53,727 bases of DNA from an uncultured Candidatus Saccharibacteria bacterium. Lineage in GTDB: Bacteria; Patescibacteriota; Minisyncoccia; Minisyncoccales; CSSED10-335. The DNA lies in contig CAZPFW010000002.1 of the NCBI GenBank assembly GCA_964586065.1, positions 1-53,727 on the forward strand, in the 5' to 3' direction. The notes beneath the pieces were generated by a model. The model saw nothing but the letters and a program-made list of their open reading frames with translations, had not been told where the DNA came from and did not search any database. Shown here piece after piece: positions 19,704 through 28,940 of the stretch (within the stretch, counting starts at the first letter, position 1; the number at the start of each line of letters is the position of its first letter). The position numbers and the translations under genes were made by a program.

Positions 19704-20421
19704 GTTTTCCATCAAATGTATAGGATCCTCCGGGATTGTAGTTCCCGATTATGTATAACTTCGATCCGGTACCCATCGCCTCGGACCATTGGGCCCCCAA
19801 TTCTCCGTCGAGATAAGCCTTGGCATTTGTTCCGTCAGTTGAAAGAATCAAATGATGCCAGTTTCCGTCATGAGTATCTCCACCGAAGTTATTCGCGCTA
19901 CTGCTGCTTCCGTTGGTATCACAACGAACCTGACCGCTTATATAACTGTAACAAAAAAGAGCTCCTTGACCTCCAAAAACCATCTGCGACCCCGACGCAA
20001 AAGTCGAGTTATACCATATCGATATCGTCGCTCCGACCCCCGGACTAAAATCATAAGAGCCAAGACTTACATGATAACTCCCTCCTCTTACATCTATTCC
20101 CGATCCTCCGGCAACCGGACTATCCGATGTACATTTAGCCCCGTTATTGGATCCGACCGGACCTCCTGCATAATTCTTTATTGAAGCAGGAGCAAGACCT
20201 CCTTCGGATACACCTTGACAATCTTCATTAAAGTTCCACCAACCAATCAGGTCCGATCCCATCAGATTATGTACCTGAGACTGAAAAGCTAATATGTTGG
20301 ATATACGAGCTCCCTCTCTGGCTCCTGTCAGATTGGAGAAGACTATGCTGGCTAAAAGGGCTAAGACTGCTACTACTACAAGTAGTTCTACAAGGGTGAA
20401 GGCTTTGTCTTTCTTTATCAT
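19606..20421 (-). CDS. Pilin-like + LamG protein, copy 3
   Basis: Same leader; diverges after TGARE; ATGA overlaps with neighbours. Confidence 0.9.
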   Translation of the reverse strand: MIKKDKAFTLVELLVVVAVLALLASIVFSNLTGAREGARISNILAFQSQVHNLMGSDLIGWWNFNEDCQGVSEGGLAPASIKNYAGGPVGSNNGAKCTSDSPVAGGSGIDVRGGSYHVSLGSYDFSPGVGATISIWYNSTFASGSQMVFGGQGALFCYSYISGQVRCDTNGSSSSANNFGGDTHDGNWHHLILSTDGTNAKAYLDGELGAQWSEAMGTGSKLYIIGNYNPGGSYTFDGKLDDVRIYSRALTAYEVQTLYAQTKDNYLAEEQ

Positions 20422-20515
20422 TGTTCTTCTGCTAAGTAGTTGTCTTTTGTTTGAGCGTAGAGGGTTTGTACTTCATAGGCTGTTAGGGCTCTCGAATAGA
20501 TGCGGACGTCGTCGA
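20315..20515. repeat. Array junction repeat 2
   Basis: 201 bp identical to 19503-19703 (offset 812). Confidence 0.97.
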
Positions 20516-21242
20516 TGAGGCCTGTATAGTAGTAGTTTTGACTGACGGCTCTTCCAATAAAATTACCGTCACATTCAGATAGGCCTAATAAGCCGACCCC
20601 GTGATTTAAAGAAGTTCTTCTTGCAACAGACACTCCATTTTCATAAATCTCTTTAACTCCATTATTTCCGTCAAAACTGAAGACGAAATGAACCCAACCT
20701 TCACCCTCTATAATCGGAATTGCAAAATCATCTGCGGTACCACCATCGGGCTTTCTTGTTCTCCAAAGATTATTACCATGTATACTTGATCTCCAATTAC
20801 TTCCACTTTGAAAAGAGAACATTCCCGAGAGATCTTCTGTGGCAGGCTTGGCCCAAATTGACATTGACCAATAATAAAAGTCTGTTGTTAAGATATTATC
20901 TTTTCCTAAATCTACATAACTATTAGACCCATTAAACTCCAATGCCTTACCACTTGTCCCTGGTACACCATCCACTCTGGTAGCTCCAACGATAGTTCCG
21001 TCATTACCATATCCGGAAGAGTCTTTGGCTATGTTACCTGTGTCATCATCAAAGTTCCACCAACCTACTAAGTCAGCTCCCAAGAGATTGTGCATGTTTG
21101 ATTGAAAGGAGAGAGCATTGGATATCTTGGCTTGTTCTCTGGCTCCTGTCAGATTGGAGAAGACTATGCTGGCTAAAAGGGCTAAGACTGCTACTACTAC
21201 AAGTAGTTCTACAAGGGTGAAGGCTTTGTCTTTCTTTATCAT
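20418..21242 (-). CDS. Pilin-like + LamG protein, copy 4
   Basis: Prepilin-type leader and LamG motifs. Confidence 0.9.
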   Translation of the reverse strand: MIKKDKAFTLVELLVVVAVLALLASIVFSNLTGAREQAKISNALSFQSNMHNLLGADLVGWWNFDDDTGNIAKDSSGYGNDGTIVGATRVDGVPGTSGKALEFNGSNSYVDLGKDNILTTDFYYWSMSIWAKPATEDLSGMFSFQSGSNWRSSIHGNNLWRTRKPDGGTADDFAIPIIEGEGWVHFVFSFDGNNGVKEIYENGVSVARRTSLNHGVGLLGLSECDGNFIGRAVSQNYYYTGLIDDVRIYSRALTAYEVQTLYAQTKDNYLAEEQ

Positions 21243-21349
21243 TGTTCTTCTGCTAAGTAGTTGTCTTTTGTTTGAGCGTAGAGGGTTTGTACTTCATAGG
21301 CTGTTAGGGCTCTCGAATAGATGCGGACGTCGTCGATGAGGCCGTTGAA
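21046..21349. repeat. Array junction repeat 3
   Basis: Matches 19413-19703 (1 mismatch, at 21117) and 161-249. Confidence 0.97.
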
Positions 21350-22123
21350 ATAACTCGTATTGTCATTTCTTGAACCAATTCGAACGTTATCGGCCAGAGT
21401 GGCGGGAGAGTTCTTACCGTAATAAAAATTATCTACTCTGTCTCCGTTTAAGTAAATATACCAATTGAGATCGCCTCCGACACGCGTAAAAATAAAATGA
21501 TACCATTTATCAGCCAAAAGAGAGTCGGATGACGAAGTGTAGCTGCTCCTTCTGTGAGAATCTGAAGTTGTGTGCATAACTGTTACTATTTCGCTCTCCA
21601 CCAAGCTTGTTACCGATCCAAACGATATTGAAAAATATCCCGAAGTTCTCTTACCTAAATCTATTGGTGTTGCAGATGAGCTAAGTTCAGTAATCGGAAC
21701 ATTTGGCTTAATCCAAAAACTGATTGTTTCGGCATATTGATAGATGTCTCCCACATCCACGTAATCATTACTCCCATCAAACTTTAAAGAATTACCGCTG
21801 GGAGACGGAGTATCGTTATTCCATCCAGATGAGTCATTGAAGTTGAAGTTCTTGAGAATCCCGTCATTACCATATCCGGAAGAGTCATGAGTCACAGTCC
21901 CCGTTCCATCATCAAAGTTCCACCAACCTACTAAGTCAGCTCCCAAGAGGTTGTGCATGTTTGATTGAAAGGAGAGAGCGTTGGATATCTTGGCTTGTTC
22001 TCTGGCTCCTGTCAGATTGGAGAAGACTATGCTGGCTAAAAGGGCTAAGACTGCTACTACAACTAAAAGCTCTACTAGTGTGAAGGCAGATTGTTTCTCT
22101 TTGGTTTTTAGAGCTGAAAACAT
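21239..22123 (-). CDS. Pilin-like + LamG protein, copy 5 (first of the tandem array)
   Basis: SA|FTLVELLVV; LamG motifs. Confidence 0.9.
   Translation of the reverse strand: MFSALKTKEKQSAFTLVELLVVVAVLALLASIVFSNLTGAREQAKISNALSFQSNMHNLLGADLVGWWNFDDGTGTVTHDSSGYGNDGILKNFNFNDSSGWNNDTPSPSGNSLKFDGSNDYVDVGDIYQYAETISFWIKPNVPITELSSSATPIDLGKRTSGYFSISFGSVTSLVESEIVTVMHTTSDSHRRSSYTSSSDSLLADKWYHFIFTRVGGDLNWYIYLNGDRVDNFYYGKNSPATLADNVRIGSRNDNTSYFNGLIDDVRIYSRALTAYEVQTLYAQTKDNYLAEEQ
21910..22096. repeat. 5' constant block (leader type A) of copy 5
   Basis: 2 mismatches versus 777-963; 21980-22094 identical to 24731-24845. Confidence 0.95.
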
Positions 22124-22144
22124 TTAGAATTAACGAGATATTCA

Positions 22145-23461
22145 CTATTTGACACATCTGAAGCCGGTAATAGAGTGAATCACGTGAGATCCAGTTCGAA
22201 AGTTTATTGAATAGACTCCCGCATAACTTCCGTCACTCCATCTACCCCCTCTTCTGAACACTCTGTCTTCATCATTTCTGATAAAGATCTTCCCCATTCC
22301 TTGGGCGGTTCCCCATTCATCTTTTGATGCTCTGTAAAAGTCATAATCCCATTTATCTCCGTAATTATCTATCTCAAACCATTGGAGCCAAGTTCCCGAA
22401 TCCTCTCCTCCCACAAGAAGATCTTTTATCGGAGTGGTATTTAATTGTTCATTGTAGCTTGCGAAATCATCGAGCCATTCCCAAACATTTCCGGAAAGAT
22501 CCCAAATAATCTCTCCGTTAGTCAATTTAAAAACTCTTTTTTCTTTTCCTTTACCTTCATTTTCGGCCGGTAACGGTCCTTCTTCGAGAGGAGCAAAAGA
22601 ATTTCCTTGTATTAAAGAACCTTTTCCCGGAACTCCGCCAGTCCAATTTTCTCCGATCGCTTCAATGTTTCTTGCGATTGTCATCCATTGAGCATTATTT
22701 ATCAATTTTGCATTAACCGATTCACAAGCATCTTTAACATCATAACCCTCAGGGTCATACAAACTCAATCCAACCCAAGGCCTCGCTTCAGAAACCGAAA
22801 CCGGTATGTAATTGTCGTCGGCCCATGATATCGGCGGGCGAAGAGAACATCTATCGATATCCCAAAATCCCCCGCAACCATCCATGGATAGTTCCCCCGT
22901 CTCGGTATTTAAAGCTTTTGCTTGATACTTCATTACGCAAAAATCATCAGTCTCATAGAGCGGATTGCCCGGAACTGAAACATATCCTTCCGGACAATCT
23001 ATCTTTTTATTCCCAATGACTATTCCTATCTTTGATCCGTCATAAGACTTGGCTATCCAATACCCTGTTTCAGAACCATTTTCGTTTAAGCCCGGATCTT
23101 TTGGAATGGAAGATATCTTATCCGGAACGAGAGAACAAAGATTCACTTTCCCCGAACAAAAACCGGGATCTATCTCTCCGCAAGAGCTCGATCCGGTATT
23201 GCATATCTCCTTCAAAGTGGTATCAATTTCCAATGACGTCCCTGTGCCAGGATTGGTTATCTCGGCAGCATACAAAAGATTTCTATCCGACTCTCTAATC
23301 TCATTCCACTTCTTATTGGTTTCTTCTGAAAGCTTCTCAGCTCTTTGAGGAACAAGAACAACGGCGATTGAGACTATCGCCACAAACAATATGATCAACG
23401 AGAATACGATCAAAGGCTTCTCTTGCCAACTACTCTTAATTGAAAGTTTTTCTTTGTTCAT
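22145..23461 (-). CDS. Membrane-anchored pilin-like domain fused to an FGE-sulfatase/C-type-lectin-fold domain
   Basis: Hydrophobic N-helix, LVPDKISSIPKDP pilin-like motif; DLSGNVWEW, RGGRW, GFRC FGE-like motifs. Confidence 0.75.
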   Translation of the reverse strand: MNKEKLSIKSSWQEKPLIVFSLIILFVAIVSIAVVLVPQRAEKLSEETNKKWNEIRESDRNLLYAAEITNPGTGTSLEIDTTLKEICNTGSSSCGEIDPGFCSGKVNLCSLVPDKISSIPKDPGLNENGSETGYWIAKSYDGSKIGIVIGNKKIDCPEGYVSVPGNPLYETDDFCVMKYQAKALNTETGELSMDGCGGFWDIDRCSLRPPISWADDNYIPVSVSEARPWVGLSLYDPEGYDVKDACESVNAKLINNAQWMTIARNIEAIGENWTGGVPGKGSLIQGNSFAPLEEGPLPAENEGKGKEKRVFKLTNGEIIWDLSGNVWEWLDDFASYNEQLNTTPIKDLLVGGEDSGTWLQWFEIDNYGDKWDYDFYRASKDEWGTAQGMGKIFIRNDEDRVFRRGGRWSDGSYAGVYSINFRTGSHVIHSITGFRCVK

Positions 23462-23472
23462 ATGTCAATGGA

Positions 23473-23874
23473 TTAGTTGTTTGATTCTTTTTTAATAATA
23501 TTCCAATGGAACAGATAGAGAGGAATACCAACTAAAATTGCCGCCAAATTACTTGAAGCCTCTCTGTGACGCCTTGCTTTTTGCGGATCCAACTCACGAG
23601 CAAGCTCCCAATAATCGTGATCAGCAATGATTGATTCAAGTTCTCTTAACTCGTTTTCGATCAATACCCTACCCTCTTCAGACAAACCTCTGATATCTTC
23701 TGGGGATTTATAAGTCATGCGAGAATAGAAAAGATTCTCATTGTCAGCATCGGTAAAAATAAATTCTCTTAATCCCATATCTAAAAATCGAACCACTCCG
23801 ACTACAGCAAGGATCAGTCCGATCGAAGAAAAGAGATAGAGATAAACTTTTCTTATCAAAGATTGTTTTTCCAT
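23473..23874 (-). CDS. Small membrane protein (DUF5671-like)
   Basis: IRKVYLYLFS...; LAAILVGIPLYLFHW two-TM pattern. Confidence 0.6.
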   Translation of the reverse strand: MEKQSLIRKVYLYLFSSIGLILAVVGVVRFLDMGLREFIFTDADNENLFYSRMTYKSPEDIRGLSEEGRVLIENELRELESIIADHDYWELARELDPQKARRHREASSNLAAILVGIPLYLFHWNIIKKESNN

Positions 23875-23977
23875 AAAATCATTTTATCATATTAAGAAAA
23901 ATACCGCCACATTATCATAATTTAAAGAATTGAATAAGAGGATAAAGCTTGTTGGCATTCAATCAAAATCCTTATAA

Positions 23978-24868
23978 TTAATCACCTCTTGTTAAATAAC
24001 CTCCGCTTCCTTGAGCAAACAATGATTGTATTTCAGAAATCGCCAACGCCCTGGAATAGATACGAAAATCATCTACCTGCCCGTCGGTAATCCATCCGTA
24101 CATTGTCCCTAAAGACAAGGTTGTCTGACTGACAGCACTTCCGGTAATCGATGATATGTCTAAATGATGGCTTTGCTCAATACCATCGACAAAAGAAGAT
24201 ACAACCTTCCTGTCTCTATCAACCGTAAAAACCAGATGCACCCATCTTCCAGTAAGATTTTCGGGTCTGTTTTCTGCGTTAAATCTAAGAGTTGTACGAA
24301 GCAGATTAACTCCATCGGCCAAGCAAAAATCAATTCCGTTATCACGAGGCCCGTGTCCAAAATCCCAACCCTTTCCTCCTGATTGATAACAGTTCGGGTT
24401 TGATCTTTTTACCGCACCAAAAGTCTTTGGGTAAATAAAATCTCTGTAAAAGCCCCAAAAAGAGATTGTGAAACTCTCAAAATCTAAAGAATCGTTGTAA
24501 TTCAGTGTTAAAGAGCGAGTCGTCTCTCCATCAAAGTCAACGCATTTTCCCAACGAATTAATTGAGTTATCCGCAAACGTGGTTCCGTTATTGTTTCCGT
24601 GGTTATTGTAACCCGAAGAATCGCAAACTTTATTACTTCCGCATGAAGGACTCTCTCCATGATCAAAATTCCACCAAACAACCAAGTCTGCCCCGAGTAT
24701 TGATTGAACTTGCGATTGAAACGATAAGATGTTGGATATCTTGGCTTGTTCTCTGGCTCCTGTCAGATTGGAGAAGACTATGCTGGCTAAAAGGGCTAAG
24801 ACTGCTACTACAACTAAAAGCTCTACTAGTGTGAAGGCAGATTGTCTTTTTGAAAGAAAAGACCTCAT
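23978..24868 (-). CDS. Pilin-like + LamG protein, copy 6
   Basis: Type A leader identical to copy 5 over 115 bp; diverged 3' end (DDFRIYSRALA). Confidence 0.9.
   Translation of the reverse strand: MRSFLSKRQSAFTLVELLVVVAVLALLASIVFSNLTGAREQAKISNILSFQSQVQSILGADLVVWWNFDHGESPSCGSNKVCDSSGYNNHGNNNGTTFADNSINSLGKCVDFDGETTRSLTLNYNDSLDFESFTISFWGFYRDFIYPKTFGAVKRSNPNCYQSGGKGWDFGHGPRDNGIDFCLADGVNLLRTTLRFNAENRPENLTGRWVHLVFTVDRDRKVVSSFVDGIEQSHHLDISSITGSAVSQTTLSLGTMYGWITDGQVDDFRIYSRALAISEIQSLFAQGSGGYLTRGD
24731..24845. repeat. 5' constant block of copy 6
   Basis: 115 bp identical to 21980-22094. Confidence 0.95.
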
Positions 24869-24878
24869 AAGCTATCGA

Positions 24879-25838
24879 TTAAGGTTGAAATAAATCCTCG
24901 GGTTCGAATTGTACATCTTCAATTCCGGTAAATTGCTTCGCTGTTTTTTCTATCTGCAACCAAAGAATCCCACTTCTGCATGATCCTCCCGATGTTTTGA
25001 AATAGGGGTCGTCAAACTCAAGAGTTAAAATATTATCAACTATCTTAGCTCCTTTCAATTTCAATCCATCAAGAGGAAATTCGGTGGTTATACCTCTGTC
25101 CTTCTCTTCCGGAAGAATCTCTCCTTTAATCAGCAAGTTTATCGCATCTTGAACCGGAGTTATGCTGATCGGAACCTCTCTTGAGACTGCGACCAAGCCG
25201 GCTTCGCTACAGATGACATTATCAGCATCATCTAAATCTTTCAGCGGATCGTAATAGTAGAGATTTATCGTCTTCATTTGAGGTTTCTTAAATTTAACGG
25301 GTATTTTTAATTCATCATCATTCTCTTCCAATCCCGATGGATTGTCTCTTTCAAGCACCAAGAAACCAGACTCTGTCAAAGAATCGAATTCAAGCCTCCC
25401 TTCAAATGAGATAAAGTCTTCTGTCATCCAATCTTCATTGGTTGAGGCAAATCCTTTTGCCATCAAATTGCCTTTTTCGTCTTCTATTCTTATAGGGAAG
25501 TCCCCTTCAAAAAACCAATATCCTCTGGCCTTCCCGAGAACCGTCAAAGGTGATGACACTTGAGAATATGGTTGAGGGTGATTTACGGTAATAAGGTCTT
25601 TTTTGGAGTTGACTTTGTCTATCAATTCTTCGTCCATCTCATCAACTTCTTTCTCAAAGATTCTCCCATCAGGAGTCTGACACGTTTCCGGATAAGTCTG
25701 CAGTATCGGGTAACCCTCTTCAACACACTCTTCAAACGAATCCACCGTCTTAATTGTTTTTTTCTCTTTTTTGAAGAGATAAAAACAACTGACAAAAACG
25801 GATAACAGAATAACGAGAAAAAAGATTTTTCTTTTCAT
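24879..25838 (-). CDS. Membrane-anchored surface protein with Ig-like (Gmad2-type) and GerMN domains
   Basis: SFEECVEEGYP..YPETC module, VSSPLTVLGKARGYWFFEGDFP, GGSCR. Confidence 0.7.
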   Translation of the reverse strand: MKRKIFFLVILLSVFVSCFYLFKKEKKTIKTVDSFEECVEEGYPILQTYPETCQTPDGRIFEKEVDEMDEELIDKVNSKKDLITVNHPQPYSQVSSPLTVLGKARGYWFFEGDFPIRIEDEKGNLMAKGFASTNEDWMTEDFISFEGRLEFDSLTESGFLVLERDNPSGLEENDDELKIPVKFKKPQMKTINLYYYDPLKDLDDADNVICSEAGLVAVSREVPISITPVQDAINLLIKGEILPEEKDRGITTEFPLDGLKLKGAKIVDNILTLEFDDPYFKTSGGSCRSGILWLQIEKTAKQFTGIEDVQFEPEDLFQP

Positions 25839-26671
25839 TTCTTGTCAATTAAACTTCTTAATACTTTAAGATTTTCTTCGCTCATCTTTTCGGTTTCTGG
25901 AGTCTCGAGTATCTTTGGAATACCTTTGAATCTTTTGTCGTTTAGTAGTTTTTTGAAAAAATCCAAACCAATTTTTCCTTTACCAATATGTTCGTGCCTA
26001 TCAACCCTAGATCCACAATCGGTCTTTGAGTCGTTCAGATGGAAGGCTTTTATCTTCCTGATCGAAATCAACCTTTCAAATTCTTCAAAAACTTCATTAT
26101 ACCCTTCTCCTCTGATGTCATAACCGGACTGAAAAACATGAGCGGTATCAAAACAGACGCCAAACAGATCATCTTTTCCTAACAAATGAAGCAATTCTGC
26201 TATCTCTTCAAACCTTGATCCTAAAGCATTGCCTTGTCCCGCCATCGTCTCAATAAGAATCTTAACATCTCCAAAATCAACTGATTTGAATATATTATCA
26301 AAGCTTTTTTTGATCTTTAGAAATCCCTTGTCTCTTCCTTCAGGAGTACTGCCCGGATGCAAAACAAGATATTTTACTCCGAGAATTTTCGCTCGCCCTA
26401 TTTCGGATATCATTCTTTGAACGGATTTTTGAACAACCGTATCGTCATAAGATGCCAAATTGACAAGATAAGGGATATGAGCAACCACCTCTTTGACATT
26501 GGATTCCTTCCAACTTTCCTTGAAAAGCTCGATCTGATCCGGCTTCATATCGTTAACTTCCCATTTTCTGGAAAGAGTTAAATAAAATTGGACTGAGTCA
26601 CAACCCCACTTATCTCCCCAATAAAAGGCTTTATCAATACCTCCAATTGTTTTTACTGTTGAACCAATCAT
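25835..26671 (-). CDS. nfo: Endonuclease IV (AP endonuclease)
   Basis: HIPYLVNL, HPG, IETMAG, DTAH, HLNDSK, DRHEHIG, LETP. Confidence 0.95.
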   Translation of the reverse strand: MIGSTVKTIGGIDKAFYWGDKWGCDSVQFYLTLSRKWEVNDMKPDQIELFKESWKESNVKEVVAHIPYLVNLASYDDTVVQKSVQRMISEIGRAKILGVKYLVLHPGSTPEGRDKGFLKIKKSFDNIFKSVDFGDVKILIETMAGQGNALGSRFEEIAELLHLLGKDDLFGVCFDTAHVFQSGYDIRGEGYNEVFEEFERLISIRKIKAFHLNDSKTDCGSRVDRHEHIGKGKIGLDFFKKLLNDKRFKGIPKILETPETEKMSEENLKVLRSLIDKK

Positions 26672-27837
26672 CTCTTCAATACCTCTTTAGTATAGTGATT
26701 TTTTGGATTCCATAACATATAACCGACGTAATTTTCCCCCAAAGAATCTTCAGTCGCGCGAATTTGATCCGATACCATATCTTTATCATAGATGGTCTCA
26801 AGAGAGAAATCTTGCAACCAAGGACGAATCTTTGATTCAATCTCCGTCCCTTTTAATCTAATCAATGCGTTATCCATCGAATACTTAACAACCTCATAAG
26901 GATGTTGAGCCGGATTCTCAAACCCGAGAAAGCCGGAATCATAATGAGAAGGGTAAGCCATCGGAGATATGAAATCAAAATAAGGGAAGGCGTCTTCTAT
27001 TATCTGACCGATGCCGAGATCAAATTGGCTCACCGTACTAAGGCCGAAGAGATCAACGGATATGACCGTATCGGAAAGAGATTTTCTCAGATAAGAATAA
27101 AACGATCTTATCACTTCTGATTTTGAACTCTCTTTATCCCAAAAAGGAAACACCATGTCATCCAATGATCCGTCCGAAGGAAATCTGATGTAATCAAAAT
27201 TAATCTCGTCAAAACCAAAATTAATCGCTTCTTTTGCGATGGATATATTGTAATCCCAAACATCAGAAGATGCCGGGTCCACCCAAGCCAATCCTTTTCT
27301 GTCTTTCCAAAGAGCCGATTTTCCGCTTAATCCTTTCGATATTTTTTGATTGCTCTTAATCGCAACATCCGGCCTTCTATCAGCCAGTATCGGATCTTGA
27401 AAAAGAGTGATTCTTCCTATGACATAAATACCTCTTTGATGCAGTCGATCAATCAATTCTATTGGATCGGATATCATCTTTTTGTCAGCTCCGTAATTCA
27501 AAACTTCTTTGATATCGCTGGAATAAGACAAACTTCCCGAATAATCTTTGATGTCTATAACAACCGCGTTCAGGTTCGTCTCATCTATCAAGCCAAAGAG
27601 GTAATCTTGATAACCGCTGCTCCCAGCCGACCAACCTGTAAGATAGATACCTTTTATGACTCTCGGCTCTTCAATAACTTTCGGTTCCTTAATTGATAAC
27701 TCGATCTCGTTTTGAGGAATCTCTTCTGTTACATCAAGATCTTCATCGTTCAGGTCAATCTTTAAAACAAGCCAAAACACTAAAGATAAGATAATCGCAA
27801 AGATAAAAAGATCTTTTCTGCCTCTGAATTTCATCAA
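26668..27837 (-). CDS. Putative glycoside hydrolase (DUF4015-like TIM barrel), membrane-anchored
   Basis: KGIYLT, AVVIDIKD, NFDYIRFP, PMAYPSHY, RPWLQDF. Confidence 0.75.
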   Translation of the reverse strand: MMKFRGRKDLFIFAIILSLVFWLVLKIDLNDEDLDVTEEIPQNEIELSIKEPKVIEEPRVIKGIYLTGWSAGSSGYQDYLFGLIDETNLNAVVIDIKDYSGSLSYSSDIKEVLNYGADKKMISDPIELIDRLHQRGIYVIGRITLFQDPILADRRPDVAIKSNQKISKGLSGKSALWKDRKGLAWVDPASSDVWDYNISIAKEAINFGFDEINFDYIRFPSDGSLDDMVFPFWDKESSKSEVIRSFYSYLRKSLSDTVISVDLFGLSTVSQFDLGIGQIIEDAFPYFDFISPMAYPSHYDSGFLGFENPAQHPYEVVKYSMDNALIRLKGTEIESKIRPWLQDFSLETIYDKDMVSDQIRATEDSLGENYVGYMLWNPKNHYTKEVLKR

Positions 27838-27874
27838 TTGTTTTCAGCTTCGGGAAGAGTTATCAAAAGTAAGA

Positions 27875-28759
27875 TTATTGCATTATCAGAGAATGACGAA
27901 TCTTATCAAACTCATTTATTAAGGCGTCTCTGTCAAACTCTTCAATAGTGTCTTCGGGATAATTGCTAATCTCTGTATAGTGAATCAGATAACGTACAGC
28001 GATGCAGGAATGAATCGTGTTGGTCGCCCAAACCTGCTCCTCATAACGATTGCCGACCGCCCCTTGAGTTGATGAAGCGAAGGAATAAACTTGATCTCCT
28101 TCAGTTATCTCTTTTGAAGTCTCGAGACCTTCCAAGAAAAGATCGGCGCTGCAATCAAAAGGGCTTGAAGTGACCTCCACCGAAACACCGGTATCAGCGG
28201 ACAAGTTGGTGCCAAATGTAAAAGCCTCGGGAATAGTGAATTTTACACCGTTGATCTCTTCGCCCGGACCAAAAGCTTCGTACTTGTATGAACTATCTTC
28301 TTCATAATCTTCAGGATAGCGAACAGAAAATTCATCACCCAAATAGATATTTGGTAAATCGACATCATCAGATAAAACAATACAACCCGAGAAAGTGTCA
28401 ATGTCATTTTCTAAAATGAAAGCTCCGTTTCCTTTACTCCAAAAAACAAATGATTCGTCTTCGTTGGCATAGCGTACTCCGGATGCGGATATTGTTTGAG
28501 GTAATTTCACTTCTCTTCCGTCACTTAATTTGAGAATCACCTCCCCCGTGGGAATAGGCATTTCTCCGTCTTCTGTTGGAATAAAATCACCTTCAAAATA
28601 GCTTGCGTCTATAGTCTTGCCATCCTTACAGGCATAGATTATTTGTGACAACAACGTTTTAGTAGGCAATTCCGGCTCTTCTGATCTGTTGATGTACCAA
28701 AATCCGACAATTACTAAAAGAACTGCTACTAAAACAATAAGTATGTGCTTTTTGTTCAT
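27875..28759 (-). CDS. MliC/PliC-family (lysozyme inhibitor) domain membrane protein
   Basis: YAC...SASGVRY...FWSKG...C motif. Confidence 0.72.
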   Translation of the reverse strand: MNKKHILIVLVAVLLVIVGFWYINRSEEPELPTKTLLSQIIYACKDGKTIDASYFEGDFIPTEDGEMPIPTGEVILKLSDGREVKLPQTISASGVRYANEDESFVFWSKGNGAFILENDIDTFSGCIVLSDDVDLPNIYLGDEFSVRYPEDYEEDSSYKYEAFGPGEEINGVKFTIPEAFTFGTNLSADTGVSVEVTSSPFDCSADLFLEGLETSKEITEGDQVYSFASSTQGAVGNRYEEQVWATNTIHSCIAVRYLIHYTEISNYPEDTIEEFDRDALINEFDKIRHSLIMQ

Positions 28760-28940
28760 ATCTTTTATTTATAATTTAAATTTAAAAAACAGAAGCGCCG
28801 ATCGAACTACCTCACTTGAATTTTCCCGCACTTTCAAGCAACCTCTTGCGATTATTATAACATTATCAAGAACAAAAAACTACTCTCACGGAAATAATAT
28901 AGCCTCTTTGTGATCTTTTAACTTCATTGTTGGCAAATCA

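Noticed and set aside
18481-21339. Plus-strand ORFs ending LFERRGFVLHRLLGLSNRCGRRR and similar repeats
   Set aside because: Antisense shadows of the constant blocks; they recur only because the DNA is repeated.
18803-22123. CRISPR array or integron cassette array
   Set aside because: The repeats are 200-290 bp coding sequence, not 25-50 bp palindromic repeats or attC sites; no cas or integrase genes in the window.
22145-22270. Complete DGR in this window
   Set aside because: No reverse transcriptase, and no template-repeat match found by eye in the few intergenic regions; retained only as a possible remote target.
18803-24868. Shufflon or invertible pilin locus
   Set aside because: All copies are in the same orientation, with no inverted sfx-like sites and no tyrosine or serine recombinase in the window.
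28760-28940. attR duplicate of the tRNA-Gln 3' end bounding the R-M islet
   Set aside because: No CCCGGCAG-like repeat found at the distal boundary.
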